The position numbers were made by a program, and so were the translations under genes. From an uncultured Terracidiphilus sp. (GTDB taxonomy: Bacteria > Acidobacteriota > Terriglobia > Terriglobales > Acidobacteriaceae), in assembly GCA_964525655.1 (NCBI GenBank), contig CAZGHZ010000002.1:22897-86896 (forward strand): a stretch of DNA of 64,000 nucleotides. The letters are read 5' to 3'. A model generated the notes under the pieces. It saw only the letters and a list, made by a program, of their open reading frames with translations, searched no databases and was not told the origin of the DNA. This document shows, piece by piece, positions 35,338-44,211 of this stretch; positions within the stretch are counted from its first letter, which is position 1, and every line of letters starts with the position of its first letter.

Positions 35338-37320
35338 CTACCGCGTAGACTGGAGCATGCGTCCGTTGTCATGATCTTTCATTGTTGAGCTGTGCGCCTC
35401 GTGAACCTTCGGATTGGTTGCAGTATACGAAATCTCCGGTTCGGACAAATGAGCGAACTGAATCTGAAAGAGCCGCCAGTATAACCCGCGCCGTGCGAGC
35501 AGCTCCTCATGGTTGCCGACCTCGGCTACCTTGCCTTTGTGCATCACGAGAATGCGGTCGGCCGAGAGTATGGTCGACAGACGATGGGCGATCACAATCG
35601 ACGTTCTGTTTTCAAGCAGCCGGCCCATGGCGCCGCGAATGCGGGCTTCGGTCTCGGGATCGATGTTTGAAGTGGCCTCGTCCAGCAGCAGATATTGCGG
35701 ATCGTGAGCCAGGGCGCGGGCAAAGGCGATCATCTGCTTCTGCCCGGTAGAGAGATTGTCGCCGCGCTCCTGCACCCAAGTCTCAAGGCCATCGGGTAAA
35801 TCCCGCAGCAGCGCGTCCAGTCCGATCTGGTGGGCTGCCCGCAGCGCATCTTCATCGGTCAATACCTCGGAGCCGAAGCGGATATTATCCAGGATCGTTC
35901 CTTCGCGAACATAAGTGTCCTGAAGAACGACGCCAAACTGGCGGCGCAGGTCCGAGGGGTGCATATCCCAGATGTCGACGCCTCCAATACAAATTGTTCC
36001 TCGCTGCGGCTTGTAGAACCGCAAGAGCAGATTGCTCATCGTCGTCTTGCCGGCTCCCGTGTGGCCGACGATCGCCAGCATCTCACCCGCGCGAATGTTG
36101 AAACTCACATCGTTCAATACCCATCGGTCCTGCTTGTAGGCGAACCAAACGTTGCGAAACTCGACGTCGGCGCACTCGGGTATTGCCTTGGTTTCTTCCT
36201 CGATGTCAGGTAGAACTTCCGTGTCGAGCAGAGCAAAGACCTTTTCCGCGGAGACGATGCTTGTTTGCAAGACGCCATAGCGCTCGCTGATCTCCTGGAT
36301 CGGGCGCAAAAAGCGGCTTCCATATTGCAGGAAAGCGACCAGTGTACCAATCGTGAGAGCTCCATTGTGGAGAAGGTGAGCACCCATGATGAGAAGCCCT
36401 GCTTGCGAGATGGTGCCAAGCAGCTCGATCGACGGCATGAACCATGCGTTTGCGGTGACCCACTCCTTCGATGCAATCATGTGTTCCCGGTTGATGGTAT
36501 CGAAGGCATCCAGGCTTGGCTGCTGCCGATTGAAGAGATGGACCACGTAGATGCCGTTGACGTGTTCGGCAATGAATGCGTTGATTCTGGCCAGCAGGAT
36601 GCGGACCTTTTGCTGGCTGCGGGTAATCATGCGGCGAAATATCGTGGTGAGGATGACGAAGACTGGAATGACCGCGGCGAGCACGAGCGTCAAGTGCCAG
36701 TTCAAACCGAGCATTGCGGCAAGAAAGAACAAGGTCATGACCGCGTTCGCCAGCAATGCGACGATTCCGTTGGCAAAGAGATCGTTCAACGCTTCGATGT
36801 CGGTGGTGAGGCGCGTGACCAGCCTTCCGGCCGGCGTCACATCGTAATAGGCGATCGGCAGGCGGTGCAGATGCTTGAGCAGCTTGCGTCGCAAGTCGGC
36901 CATCGCCATCTGGCCGGTCCACTGCGCGAGAAAGTTCTGCGTGCTATCGATCGCGAGCGTCAGCGCCAGTACGCCGAGATAGGCGCAAGAGAGCAGGGCG
37001 ATCCCTCGCGTCGCGTCGCCGGGCAACAAGCCGGAAAGAAAGCCGGCCTTTGGCGCATGTCTCAAAAAATAGACATCGATGGCGATCGAAAGAATCAGGG
37101 GATTGAGGATCTGCAACAAAGTTGACAGGAGAGAGCAGACGAGGGAGGCGACCACGCCGGGCCAGTAAGGCAACAGCATCTTCAGCAGGCGAGAAAGAAG
37201 GAACCAGTCGCGAACCTTTGCGGAGATCTCCTCTGCATTGGCGCCGGGGTCGCCCATGCCTCTTCCGCCTCCTCCTCCTCCGCCAAAGCCGCCGCCGATG
37301 CCGAATCCGAATCCGCTCAC
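35338..37320 (-). CDS. ABC exporter, fused permease/ATPase (type I exporter half-transporter, MdlB-like)
   Basis: Six-TM domain followed by Walker A GHTGAGKTT, LSTGQKQ and LLLDEATS. Gly-rich N-terminus. The GTG start overlaps the upstream stop (GTGA). Confidence 0.85.
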   Translation of the reverse strand: MSGFGFGIGGGFGGGGGGGRGMGDPGANAEEISAKVRDWFLLSRLLKMLLPYWPGVVASLVCSLLSTLLQILNPLILSIAIDVYFLRHAPKAGFLSGLLPGDATRGIALLSCAYLGVLALTLAIDSTQNFLAQWTGQMAMADLRRKLLKHLHRLPIAYYDVTPAGRLVTRLTTDIEALNDLFANGIVALLANAVMTLFFLAAMLGLNWHLTLVLAAVIPVFVILTTIFRRMITRSQQKVRILLARINAFIAEHVNGIYVVHLFNRQQPSLDAFDTINREHMIASKEWVTANAWFMPSIELLGTISQAGLLIMGAHLLHNGALTIGTLVAFLQYGSRFLRPIQEISERYGVLQTSIVSAEKVFALLDTEVLPDIEEETKAIPECADVEFRNVWFAYKQDRWVLNDVSFNIRAGEMLAIVGHTGAGKTTMSNLLLRFYKPQRGTICIGGVDIWDMHPSDLRRQFGVVLQDTYVREGTILDNIRFGSEVLTDEDALRAAHQIGLDALLRDLPDGLETWVQERGDNLSTGQKQMIAFARALAHDPQYLLLDEATSNIDPETEARIRGAMGRLLENRTSIVIAHRLSTILSADRILVMHKGKVAEVGNHEELLARRGLYWRLFQIQFAHLSEPEISYTATNPKVHEAHSSTMKDHDNGRMLQSTR

Positions 37321-39236
37321 ATGACCTCCAATTCTTCTTCAAGCACTTGAAGGCGCGCCAGGTTTGCGTAACGTCCCCGCTTCTCGACGAGCGTCGAGTG
37401 CGTGCCCTGTTCGACAATGCGGCCATGCTTGAGAACAACAATGTGATCGGCCTGCATGGCGGTGGCCACGCGGTGGGTGACGAGAATCGTCGTCCGTTCC
37501 GCCATGATGCTCTTCAAATGCTGAAGAATGCGCTGCTCGGTCACCGAGTCCACGCTGGAGAGCGCATCGTCCAGCACCAGGATGCGCGGGTTTTTCAGGA
37601 CTGCCCGCGCGATGGCGATCCGCTGCTTCTGGCCTCCGGAAAGCATGATTCCGCGCTCCCCGACGATGGTCTCGAAGCCGGCCGGCAATGCAGCCAGGTC
37701 GGGATCGAGTCCGGCGATCGTCGCGGCGTGCGAGATCTCGTCCTCCGAAGCGGATTCGATCCCGAAGGCGATGTTCTCCGCGAGAGTGATGCTGAATAGG
37801 AAGGTCTCCTGCGGAACGACCCCAACCAGCGAACGCAGACGAGTCAATGGAAGCTCCCGGCAGTCGATGCCGTCGACCAGGATGCTGCCCCGGCTGGGAT
37901 CGATGGTGCGCGTCAGCAGCTTGACCAGTGTGCTCTTGCCCGATCCAGTCTCCCCCAGGATGGCCAGCGTGGCTCCGGCCGGAATATCGAGATCGATCGA
38001 ATCCAGCGCCGTATGTTCGCCGAAAAAGACGCTTACCTGGCGGAGCGAGATGCTGCCGGGGGCCTCGAGATCGAGGGCCTCGACGGCGCTGTTCGATTCA
38101 AGCCACTGGCCTGGATCGATTGCGGGCGTTTCGTCAAAGAGCAGCTTCAGGCGTCCGACCGAGGCCATACCGCGCTGCATCAGATTAACGACGCGGCCCA
38201 GGTTGGAGATGGGGCGCACAAGCATGGCCATGTAGGTTGTGAACATGACGAAGTTACCGACGCTCAACCGATGCGCGAGCACCAGTGCTCCGCCGTACCA
38301 GAGAACGATGAGCACGGAGATGCCGGTAATGAAGGTCAGCAGAGGATCGAGCGTGCTGGAATAGATGCCCAGGATGCAGTTGGAGCGCACATACGACCGG
38401 TTCATTCCTTCGAAGCGATGCTGCTCGGCCTCTTCGCGGACGAAGGAACGAACAACGCGAGCTCCGGCGATGGTCTGCTGCACGGCCGCGCTCATGGTGG
38501 AAAAAAGGGCCTGAATTCGATCGAAGCGCCGCCGGATGACCTTGCCAAAGCGCATCAGCAGCAGCACCGCGAAGGGCGACGGCAAGAGCGCGACTGCGGT
38601 CAGCCTCCAATTCACAGAACCCAAAACGACGATTGCGACCGGCAGAGAGACGAGTGATTCCAGAAGGGAAGTGAATCCGGGCCCCAGCATCATCCGGACC
38701 GCGTTCAGATCGTTTGTCGCCGAGGCCATCACGTCTCCGGTGCGCGTGTGCCCCCAGAATGTTGCATCAAGCCGGAAGAGATGCTGAAGAAGGTCCCTGC
38801 GCATCGAATACTCGACGTTGCGCGACGTTCCGATGAGGTTGAGCCGTGCCACGGTCTGGAATGCGGAGCGTGGAATGGCTACGCCGACAATGGCCAGGCC
38901 GATCCACACAATGCTCTCGTGGGCGCTGCCTCTTGCACCCGTCAAGGTGTTGATCCCAGACCTGATCAGAAGCGGAATGACGAAGGCGACGCCGTCGCGG
39001 CCGATCATCCCGGCGATGCCGATAAGGAGCGCGCGCGGATATTCCCTCAGGTACGCCCAGACGAAGGCGAATCGTTGACGAAAAGGAACAAATGCCTCGT
39101 CCTGTATGAATCTATTGGATGAAGTCGCCTGCACGAAGCAATTGTAGTACGTATACGAATTAATCGACTGTGAAAATCTGATGTATAGACGGGACCATTC
39201 GTCGCAATATCGTCTGTCCTCACGAAAGATAAGCAA
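37317..39236 (-). CDS. ABC exporter, fused permease/ATPase (partner half-transporter, MdlA-like); start uncertain
   Basis: TM domain plus GETGSGKST, LSGGQKQR and LVLDDALS. The track start is TTG 39236. GTG 39134 is an alternative that would place the palindromic motif at 39148-39160 outside the CDS. Confidence 0.8.
   Translation of the reverse strand: MLIFREDRRYCDEWSRLYIRFSQSINSYTYYNCFVQATSSNRFIQDEAFVPFRQRFAFVWAYLREYPRALLIGIAGMIGRDGVAFVIPLLIRSGINTLTGARGSAHESIVWIGLAIVGVAIPRSAFQTVARLNLIGTSRNVEYSMRRDLLQHLFRLDATFWGHTRTGDVMASATNDLNAVRMMLGPGFTSLLESLVSLPVAIVVLGSVNWRLTAVALLPSPFAVLLLMRFGKVIRRRFDRIQALFSTMSAAVQQTIAGARVVRSFVREEAEQHRFEGMNRSYVRSNCILGIYSSTLDPLLTFITGISVLIVLWYGGALVLAHRLSVGNFVMFTTYMAMLVRPISNLGRVVNLMQRGMASVGRLKLLFDETPAIDPGQWLESNSAVEALDLEAPGSISLRQVSVFFGEHTALDSIDLDIPAGATLAILGETGSGKSTLVKLLTRTIDPSRGSILVDGIDCRELPLTRLRSLVGVVPQETFLFSITLAENIAFGIESASEDEISHAATIAGLDPDLAALPAGFETIVGERGIMLSGGQKQRIAIARAVLKNPRILVLDDALSSVDSVTEQRILQHLKSIMAERTTILVTHRVATAMQADHIVVLKHGRIVEQGTHSTLVEKRGRYANLARLQVLEEELEVM
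39148..39160. promoter_or_regulatory. Variant of the ATTCGTATACGAAT motif in the ABC-exporter/phnG divergent region
   Basis: tacgtatacgaat at 39148-39160; the right half-site GTATACGAAT is identical to the site at 23635-23644. Confidence 0.4.
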
Positions 39237-39267
39237 TTTTTTTCACATCGTTGAAATACTTCCTGCG

Positions 39268-39304
39268 ATTTCGTATGGCATGATCTGCTTATTCGTATAC
39301 GCAA
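39268..39304. promoter_or_regulatory. Two further motif copies about 115-150 nt upstream of phnG
   Basis: atttcgtat (39268-39276, half-site) and attcgtatacgcaa (39291-39304, left half identical to the 23631 site). Confidence 0.4.
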
Positions 39305-39417
39305 GAGATGATCTGACGACGAACAACATGCAGCGGTTTTTCTCCGGTTTGCGAAGGGATTGCACCTCAGGGCGTCGGGCAGGTCTTAGCTCCGTTTGCA
39401 TCGATTGGGAATGAGGG

Positions 39418-39897
39418 ATGGGTTCTGGAATGACAACCGAAATTCAGAACGGGAATTCGAATGGAACAGGCCGCCTTGGACTGGGCCCCGACTACACGCT
39501 GTGTGAATGCGATTTGGAGCCGCTGAAGCAGTTGGTTTCGCGGCTGGAACTGTCTCATCCGGTAGAAATCCGGAGAACCCCTTCGGTCTGCCTGACGATG
39601 GTCTCCGCCGAAGACTCGCTGGAAAGCCAGAAGTTCTTTCTCGGCGAGGCTCTCACGACCGAGTGCGAGGTTGCGGTTGAAGGGCAACCCGGATTCGGTC
39701 TTTGCCTGGGCGATGAGCCGGTCAGGGCCTATTGCATCGCGGTCGTAGACGCGCTGTTGCATGGGGAGCGTCCTGCCCTGGGCGAGATCGAAGCCTTCCT
39801 TCGCGAGCAGGGAAAGATTGTCGCGCGCAGGGATCAGGATGAATTTGATTTAGTGCTCCAGACGCAGGTTGACTTCAAGCTGATGGAGGAGGAATGA
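39418..39897 (+). CDS. phnG: Phosphonate C-P lyase system protein PhnG
   Basis: Size and sequence resemble PhnG (SVCLTMVSAEDSLESQKFFLGEALTTECEVAV..GFGLCLGDEPVRAYCIAVVDALL). It is the first gene of a phnGHIJKL run. Confidence 0.8.
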   Translation: MGSGMTTEIQNGNSNGTGRLGLGPDYTLCECDLEPLKQLVSRLELSHPVEIRRTPSVCLTMVSAEDSLESQKFFLGEALTTECEVAVEGQPGFGLCLGDEPVRAYCIAVVDALLHGERPALGEIEAFLREQGKIVARRDQDEFDLVLQTQVDFKLMEEE

Positions 39898-40517
39898 GCG
39901 CTTTGGCGGAAGTAAAGCCCTACAACCAGGTCTTCGATGGCCAGAAACACTACCGGACTCTGCTGCAATGCACAGCGCGGCCAGGAACTATCGGTCAACT
40001 TGACGATGCCAAGGTGGAAGTTCCATCGCAACTGAACCGCGCTACCGCGCTGCTTGCGCTCGCGCTCTTCAGCGGGGACATCACGTTCTGGATCAATGAA
40101 GGGGCAGCGGCCGCCGCGAATTTCATTCAGCGCGAGACCAATGCCATGACGGCCCCTGCGGATAAGGCCGATTTCCTGGTTTTTACCGACATCGACCGGA
40201 TCGAGGAGCTTTTACAAGCAAAGCAGGGCACTCTCTCGTTTCCGGACCTGGGCGCGAGCGCGGTGCTGCAGGTTCAAGCCATCTCTCCGGCTCCGCTGGC
40301 GGAGTCGTTGCGTCTGAGACTCACAGGGCCGGGAATTGAAACGGAGACAGTGGTTTTTGTTTTGGGCGCATCCGAGGCATTCTTTGAGACTCTGCGGGAA
40401 CGGAATGCGGAGTTTCCGATCGGCGTGGATACTTTCTTGACCTGCGACAGCTTGTCGGCGGGTCCGTGTGTCATGGCTCTGCCCCGCACTACACGCGTGC
40501 ATTGGGAGCGGGTTTAA
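39894..40517 (+). CDS. phnH: Phosphonate C-P lyase system protein PhnH
   Basis: FDGQKHYRTLLQCTARPGTI, LRLTGPGI, FPIGVDTFLTC and ALPRTTRV match E. coli PhnH landmarks. ATGA overlap with phnG. Confidence 0.85.
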   Translation: MSALAEVKPYNQVFDGQKHYRTLLQCTARPGTIGQLDDAKVEVPSQLNRATALLALALFSGDITFWINEGAAAAANFIQRETNAMTAPADKADFLVFTDIDRIEELLQAKQGTLSFPDLGASAVLQVQAISPAPLAESLRLRLTGPGIETETVVFVLGASEAFFETLRERNAEFPIGVDTFLTCDSLSAGPCVMALPRTTRVHWERV

Positions 40518-40553
40518 GAGCAGCTTCAACCGTTTTGCTGGGATGGTGGCGAT

Positions 40554-41717
40554 ATGGGTTATGTAGCAGTCAAGGGCGGAGAGGACGCGATCGGGAACGC
40601 GAATAAACTGGTTGACTACTTCCGTTGGAAGGGCCGGACCAAGCCGATCGAACTCGATCAGGCGCGCACTCAGATGCGGCTGGCAGTGGACCGGGCCATG
40701 GGCGAGGGATCGCTCTATGCGCCGGAGTTGGCAGCGCTGGCGCTGCTGCAAGTGGAGGGCGACACCTTCGAAGCGGCGTTTCATTTGCGCGCCTACCGCG
40801 CGACGCTCGAGCGCCGCTACACTTCTGAGGTCATCGACACGCGAGAGATGTTCGTGCAGCGCCGCATCTCTTCAACCTTCCGCGATATACCTGGCGGCCA
40901 GATCCTCGGCCCCACGCGGGACTATTCTTTCCGGCTTCTGAATCCCGCCCTGCTCAATGCCAGCCTCGGCTCGATCGAGAAGTTTATCGCCGATCTCAAA
41001 GACGAGATCGATCCCAAGAAACTGCATGAGATGACCACTTACAAGAAAGTTATCGACATCTTCCTGAAGGAAGGCCTGATGAGCAGGAAGCCGCGTGAGG
41101 GCGAAGACCGGCGCGTCTTCGATGTAACCCGCGAGGCGATCAAGTTCCCGGTGCCGCGTTCCGCCGCGTTGCAGATGCTGGCCCGCGCGGACACGGGCGC
41201 GCTGATGTGCATGGCTTACAGCACCATGCGCGGCTTCGGCATGTCGCACGGAACGGTGGGCGAGTTGCGCGTCGGGGACGTGCTGGTGAAGGTTGTGGAC
41301 AAGCGCGGACGGACGCGCATCATCGGCAAGATCAAGGTTACCGAGGCAGAGATGGTCGGCGGCTCCGGCCGCGGCCAGACAGCCGATAGCGGCCGCGCGG
41401 CAAAAAGGAGTCCAGCGCCGCGGTACTCGATCGGCTACGGTCTTTGCTTTGGCCAGAACGAGACCAAGGGCATCTGCATGGGCATGGTGGAAAGCGCGCT
41501 GCGCACCCCGAATCCTGACAATCCCGCAAACAATCAGGAGTTCGTTCTGTATCACACCGAGGTGATTGAGGGTTACGGATTTACCAACCACCTCAAGCTG
41601 CCGCACTATGTCACCTTCCAGGCGGGAATGGAAGGCGCTCGCAGAAACGCCAGGAGAAACGCGGAACAAGGAAAGCAAGTGGCCGTGAGCGCGGGCGTGG
41701 AGGAAAACAATGATTGA
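40554..41717 (+). CDS. phnI: Phosphonate C-P lyase system protein PhnI
   Basis: MGYVAVKGGEDAIGNA, LAVDRAMGEGSLYAPELAALALLQVEGD, HLRAYRATL and IGYGLCFGQNETK match PhnI. Confidence 0.9.
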   Translation: MGYVAVKGGEDAIGNANKLVDYFRWKGRTKPIELDQARTQMRLAVDRAMGEGSLYAPELAALALLQVEGDTFEAAFHLRAYRATLERRYTSEVIDTREMFVQRRISSTFRDIPGGQILGPTRDYSFRLLNPALLNASLGSIEKFIADLKDEIDPKKLHEMTTYKKVIDIFLKEGLMSRKPREGEDRRVFDVTREAIKFPVPRSAALQMLARADTGALMCMAYSTMRGFGMSHGTVGELRVGDVLVKVVDKRGRTRIIGKIKVTEAEMVGGSGRGQTADSGRAAKRSPAPRYSIGYGLCFGQNETKGICMGMVESALRTPNPDNPANNQEFVLYHTEVIEGYGFTNHLKLPHYVTFQAGMEGARRNARRNAEQGKQVAVSAGVEENND

Positions 41718-42594
41718 AAACCTCAAGTTCCAGCATAGTTTCAACTATGCCTACATCGACGAGTACACCAAGAAAGAGATCCGCCGCAAGACGCTCAAGG
41801 CGGTTTGCATACCCGGCTATCAGGTTCCTTACTCATCGCCGGAGATGCCGATCTCGCGCGGGTGGGGAACGGGCGGCTTGCATGTCACGCTTTCTCTGGT
41901 CGGGCCCGACGATGTGCTCAAGATCATCGACCAGGGCAGCGACGCCAGCGTGAACGCCTGCAATCTGCGCAACTTCGTCAAAGAGATGTCCAACTGCGCT
42001 TTGACCTTCGACACGGCGGAGGCGACGCTGATCCAGACTCGCCATCGCGTTCCCGAAGAGATCTTGACCGAGAAGCAGATCCTGGTTCTCCAGGTGCCGC
42101 AGCCGGAGGTTCTCCGCGGCGTGGAGAGACACGAGGCCAAGACTCGCATCATGCACGGGGAGGCCGATTACGCCAAGATCTGGGTGACCCTTTACGAGGC
42201 CTATGTAAGAACCGGCGGGCTGCGCAGCGGGGCCGGCCATCCCATGATGGTCAACGGGCGTTATGTTGCCACGCCCTCTCCGATTCCGAGCTGGGATGTG
42301 CCGAATCTGAGCATGGCCCGCTGCCTCTATCTCTTTGGCGCGGGACGCGAAAAGCGCATCCACTGCGTTCCTCCCTTCACACGCGTCGAGCCGCTTGAGT
42401 TTGAAGATATCCGATTCAAGGTTGAGGAGTTTGCCGGCGTCAGGTGCTCCGTGTCGGGCCAGGACAAGGCCTTTATGGATCAGATCTACGCCGACGACCT
42501 GAGCAGCAGTTATGTGGTCAACGACAGCAACTTCCTTGACAAACTGCGGAAGGGTCCCCGGCCGCCGCAAAGACTTTTTACCAATCCCGAATAG
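41710..42594 (+). CDS. phnJ: PhnJ homologue (alpha-D-ribose 1-methylphosphonate 5-phosphate C-P lyase family) lacking the canonical Cys motif
   Basis: YAYIDEYTKKEIRR, IPGYQVP, GWGTGG, LIQTRHR, VNGRYV, LFGAGREKR and VPPFTRVE are colinear with E. coli PhnJ. The C-terminal CX2CX21CX5C is reduced to a single Cys (RCSVSGQ...VVNDSNFLD). Confidence 0.85.
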   Translation: MIENLKFQHSFNYAYIDEYTKKEIRRKTLKAVCIPGYQVPYSSPEMPISRGWGTGGLHVTLSLVGPDDVLKIIDQGSDASVNACNLRNFVKEMSNCALTFDTAEATLIQTRHRVPEEILTEKQILVLQVPQPEVLRGVERHEAKTRIMHGEADYAKIWVTLYEAYVRTGGLRSGAGHPMMVNGRYVATPSPIPSWDVPNLSMARCLYLFGAGREKRIHCVPPFTRVEPLEFEDIRFKVEEFAGVRCSVSGQDKAFMDQIYADDLSSSYVVNDSNFLDKLRKGPRPPQRLFTNPE

Positions 42595-42596
42595 AA

Positions 42597-43448
42597 ATGA
42601 AGGCCGCGATGGATAACCATTGGTTGTTGCGTGTTCGTAACCTGTCGAAAGTCTACGGCGAAGCTACGCCGGAAGTGCTTGAACGGACAGGACCGAGATT
42701 CAACTCGAATGTCTGCCCGAGGACCGGAGCTGTCGTCGCCGTAAGCGGCATCAATTTCGATCTCTATCCGGGCGAGGTGCTTGGCGTCGTCGGAGAGAGC
42801 GGCTCAGGCAAGAGTACGCTGGTTCAGATGCTCTACTTCGACCAGGAGGCGACTTGGGGCGAGGTGAACTTCAAGCCCGTCGAAGACGGCGCGGCCAACC
42901 TGTTCGATCTTTCCAACCAGAAGAAGCGCTACATTCGCAATCACCTGATGGGCATGGTCTATCAGAATCCACGCGACGGTTTGAATTTCCGCTTTTCGTC
43001 GGGAGGCAATATCGCCGAGAAGCTGCTGATGGCCAATGTATTTCATGTTGGAAAGATTCGCATCCGCGCCACCGACCTGCTGACGAAGACTGAAGTTCCG
43101 GTCAAGCGCATGGATGAGTCGCCGGCGCGCTTCAGCGGCGGCATGCAGCAGAGAGTGCAGATCGCCAAGGCGATGGCCAACAACCCGCCGCTTCTCTTGT
43201 TGGACGAGGTAACCAGCGGGCTGGATGTCTCAGTGCAGGCAAAGGTGCTCGACCTGATTCGCGGCCTGCAGCGTGATCTCGGCGTCTCGATGATCGTCGT
43301 CTCTCACGATCTTGGCGTGATACGGATGTTGACCGACCGCACCATGGTTCTCAAGCACGGCCAGATTGTTGAGCAGGGACTGACCGACCAGATCCTGCAA
43401 GACCCGCAAGATGGATACACGCAGCTTCTGGTCAGTTCGCTGCTCTAA
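42597..43448 (+). CDS. phnK: Phosphonate C-P lyase system ATP-binding protein PhnK
   Basis: GESGSGKST, FSGGMQQRVQIA, LLLDEVTSGLDVSVQA and the C-terminal PQDGYTQLLVSS resemble E. coli PhnK. Confidence 0.88.
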   Translation: MKAAMDNHWLLRVRNLSKVYGEATPEVLERTGPRFNSNVCPRTGAVVAVSGINFDLYPGEVLGVVGESGSGKSTLVQMLYFDQEATWGEVNFKPVEDGAANLFDLSNQKKRYIRNHLMGMVYQNPRDGLNFRFSSGGNIAEKLLMANVFHVGKIRIRATDLLTKTEVPVKRMDESPARFSGGMQQRVQIAKAMANNPPLLLLDEVTSGLDVSVQAKVLDLIRGLQRDLGVSMIVVSHDLGVIRMLTDRTMVLKHGQIVEQGLTDQILQDPQDGYTQLLVSSLL

Positions 43449-43492
43449 CTTGAGCAAATACGGACGGCCCGAGCCGAAGAGACGAGGAGCAG

Positions 43493-44206
43493 ATGGAAAA
43501 AATATTGAGAATTGTGGACCTGCAAAAACGGTTCGAGCTACACATCCTCAATGAGAAATCGATTGAGGCGCTGCATCAGGTCTCATTCGAGATGGACGAG
43601 GGGGAGATCATCGGACTCACCGGCAAGACCGGCTCGGGCAAATCCACCTTGATGAAATGCATCTATCGAACCTATCTCGCCACTGAGGGCAAGATACTCT
43701 ACGCAACCGGCCAGGGAAAGACCGTCGACCTTGCCAGCGCAAACGAGCATGAGGTTCTTCGGATTCGCAGATCTGAGATGACCTATTGCTCGCAGTTTCT
43801 CCAGGTCATTCCCCGCGTGCCTGCGCTCGATGTGGTTGCCTCGGCCCTTGTGTCGCGCGGCACCACGCTTGAAGAGGCAAGGAAGCTCACGTGCGAGTGC
43901 CTGGAACGGCTGAGCCTTCCTTCGGATCTGTGGGATGCCTATCCGGCGACCTTCAGCGGCGGCGAGCAGCAGCGCATCAACATTGCCCGCGCCATGATCT
44001 CGCGTCCGCGCATTCTGCTGGTCGATGAACCGACGGCCTCTCTCGATCTGAAGACCAAGGATGCGGTGATCGAAATGCTGCTCGATCTCAAGCGGGCCGG
44101 AACGTCGATCATTCTGATTACTCACGACGAACATACGTTGCGGAGAATGGCCGAACGCTCGCTGAATCTGGAAAACGGGCATCTCAAAGAAGTTGTCTAC
44201 GCTTGA
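43493..44206 (+). CDS. phnL: Phosphonate C-P lyase system ATP-binding protein PhnL
   Basis: GKTGSGKSTL, SQFLQVIPRVPALDVV, PATFSGGEQQRINIAR and LLVDEPTASLD match PhnL. Confidence 0.88.
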   Translation: MEKILRIVDLQKRFELHILNEKSIEALHQVSFEMDEGEIIGLTGKTGSGKSTLMKCIYRTYLATEGKILYATGQGKTVDLASANEHEVLRIRRSEMTYCSQFLQVIPRVPALDVVASALVSRGTTLEEARKLTCECLERLSLPSDLWDAYPATFSGGEQQRINIARAMISRPRILLVDEPTASLDLKTKDAVIEMLLDLKRAGTSIILITHDEHTLRRMAERSLNLENGHLKEVVYA

Positions 44207-44211
44207 GGGGA

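Noticed and set aside
37262-37300. Simple-sequence run (cctcctcctcctcc / gccgccgccg).
   Set aside because: It lies inside the ABC exporter CDS and encodes the Gly-rich N-terminus (GGGFGGGGGGG). It is not an independent repeat element.
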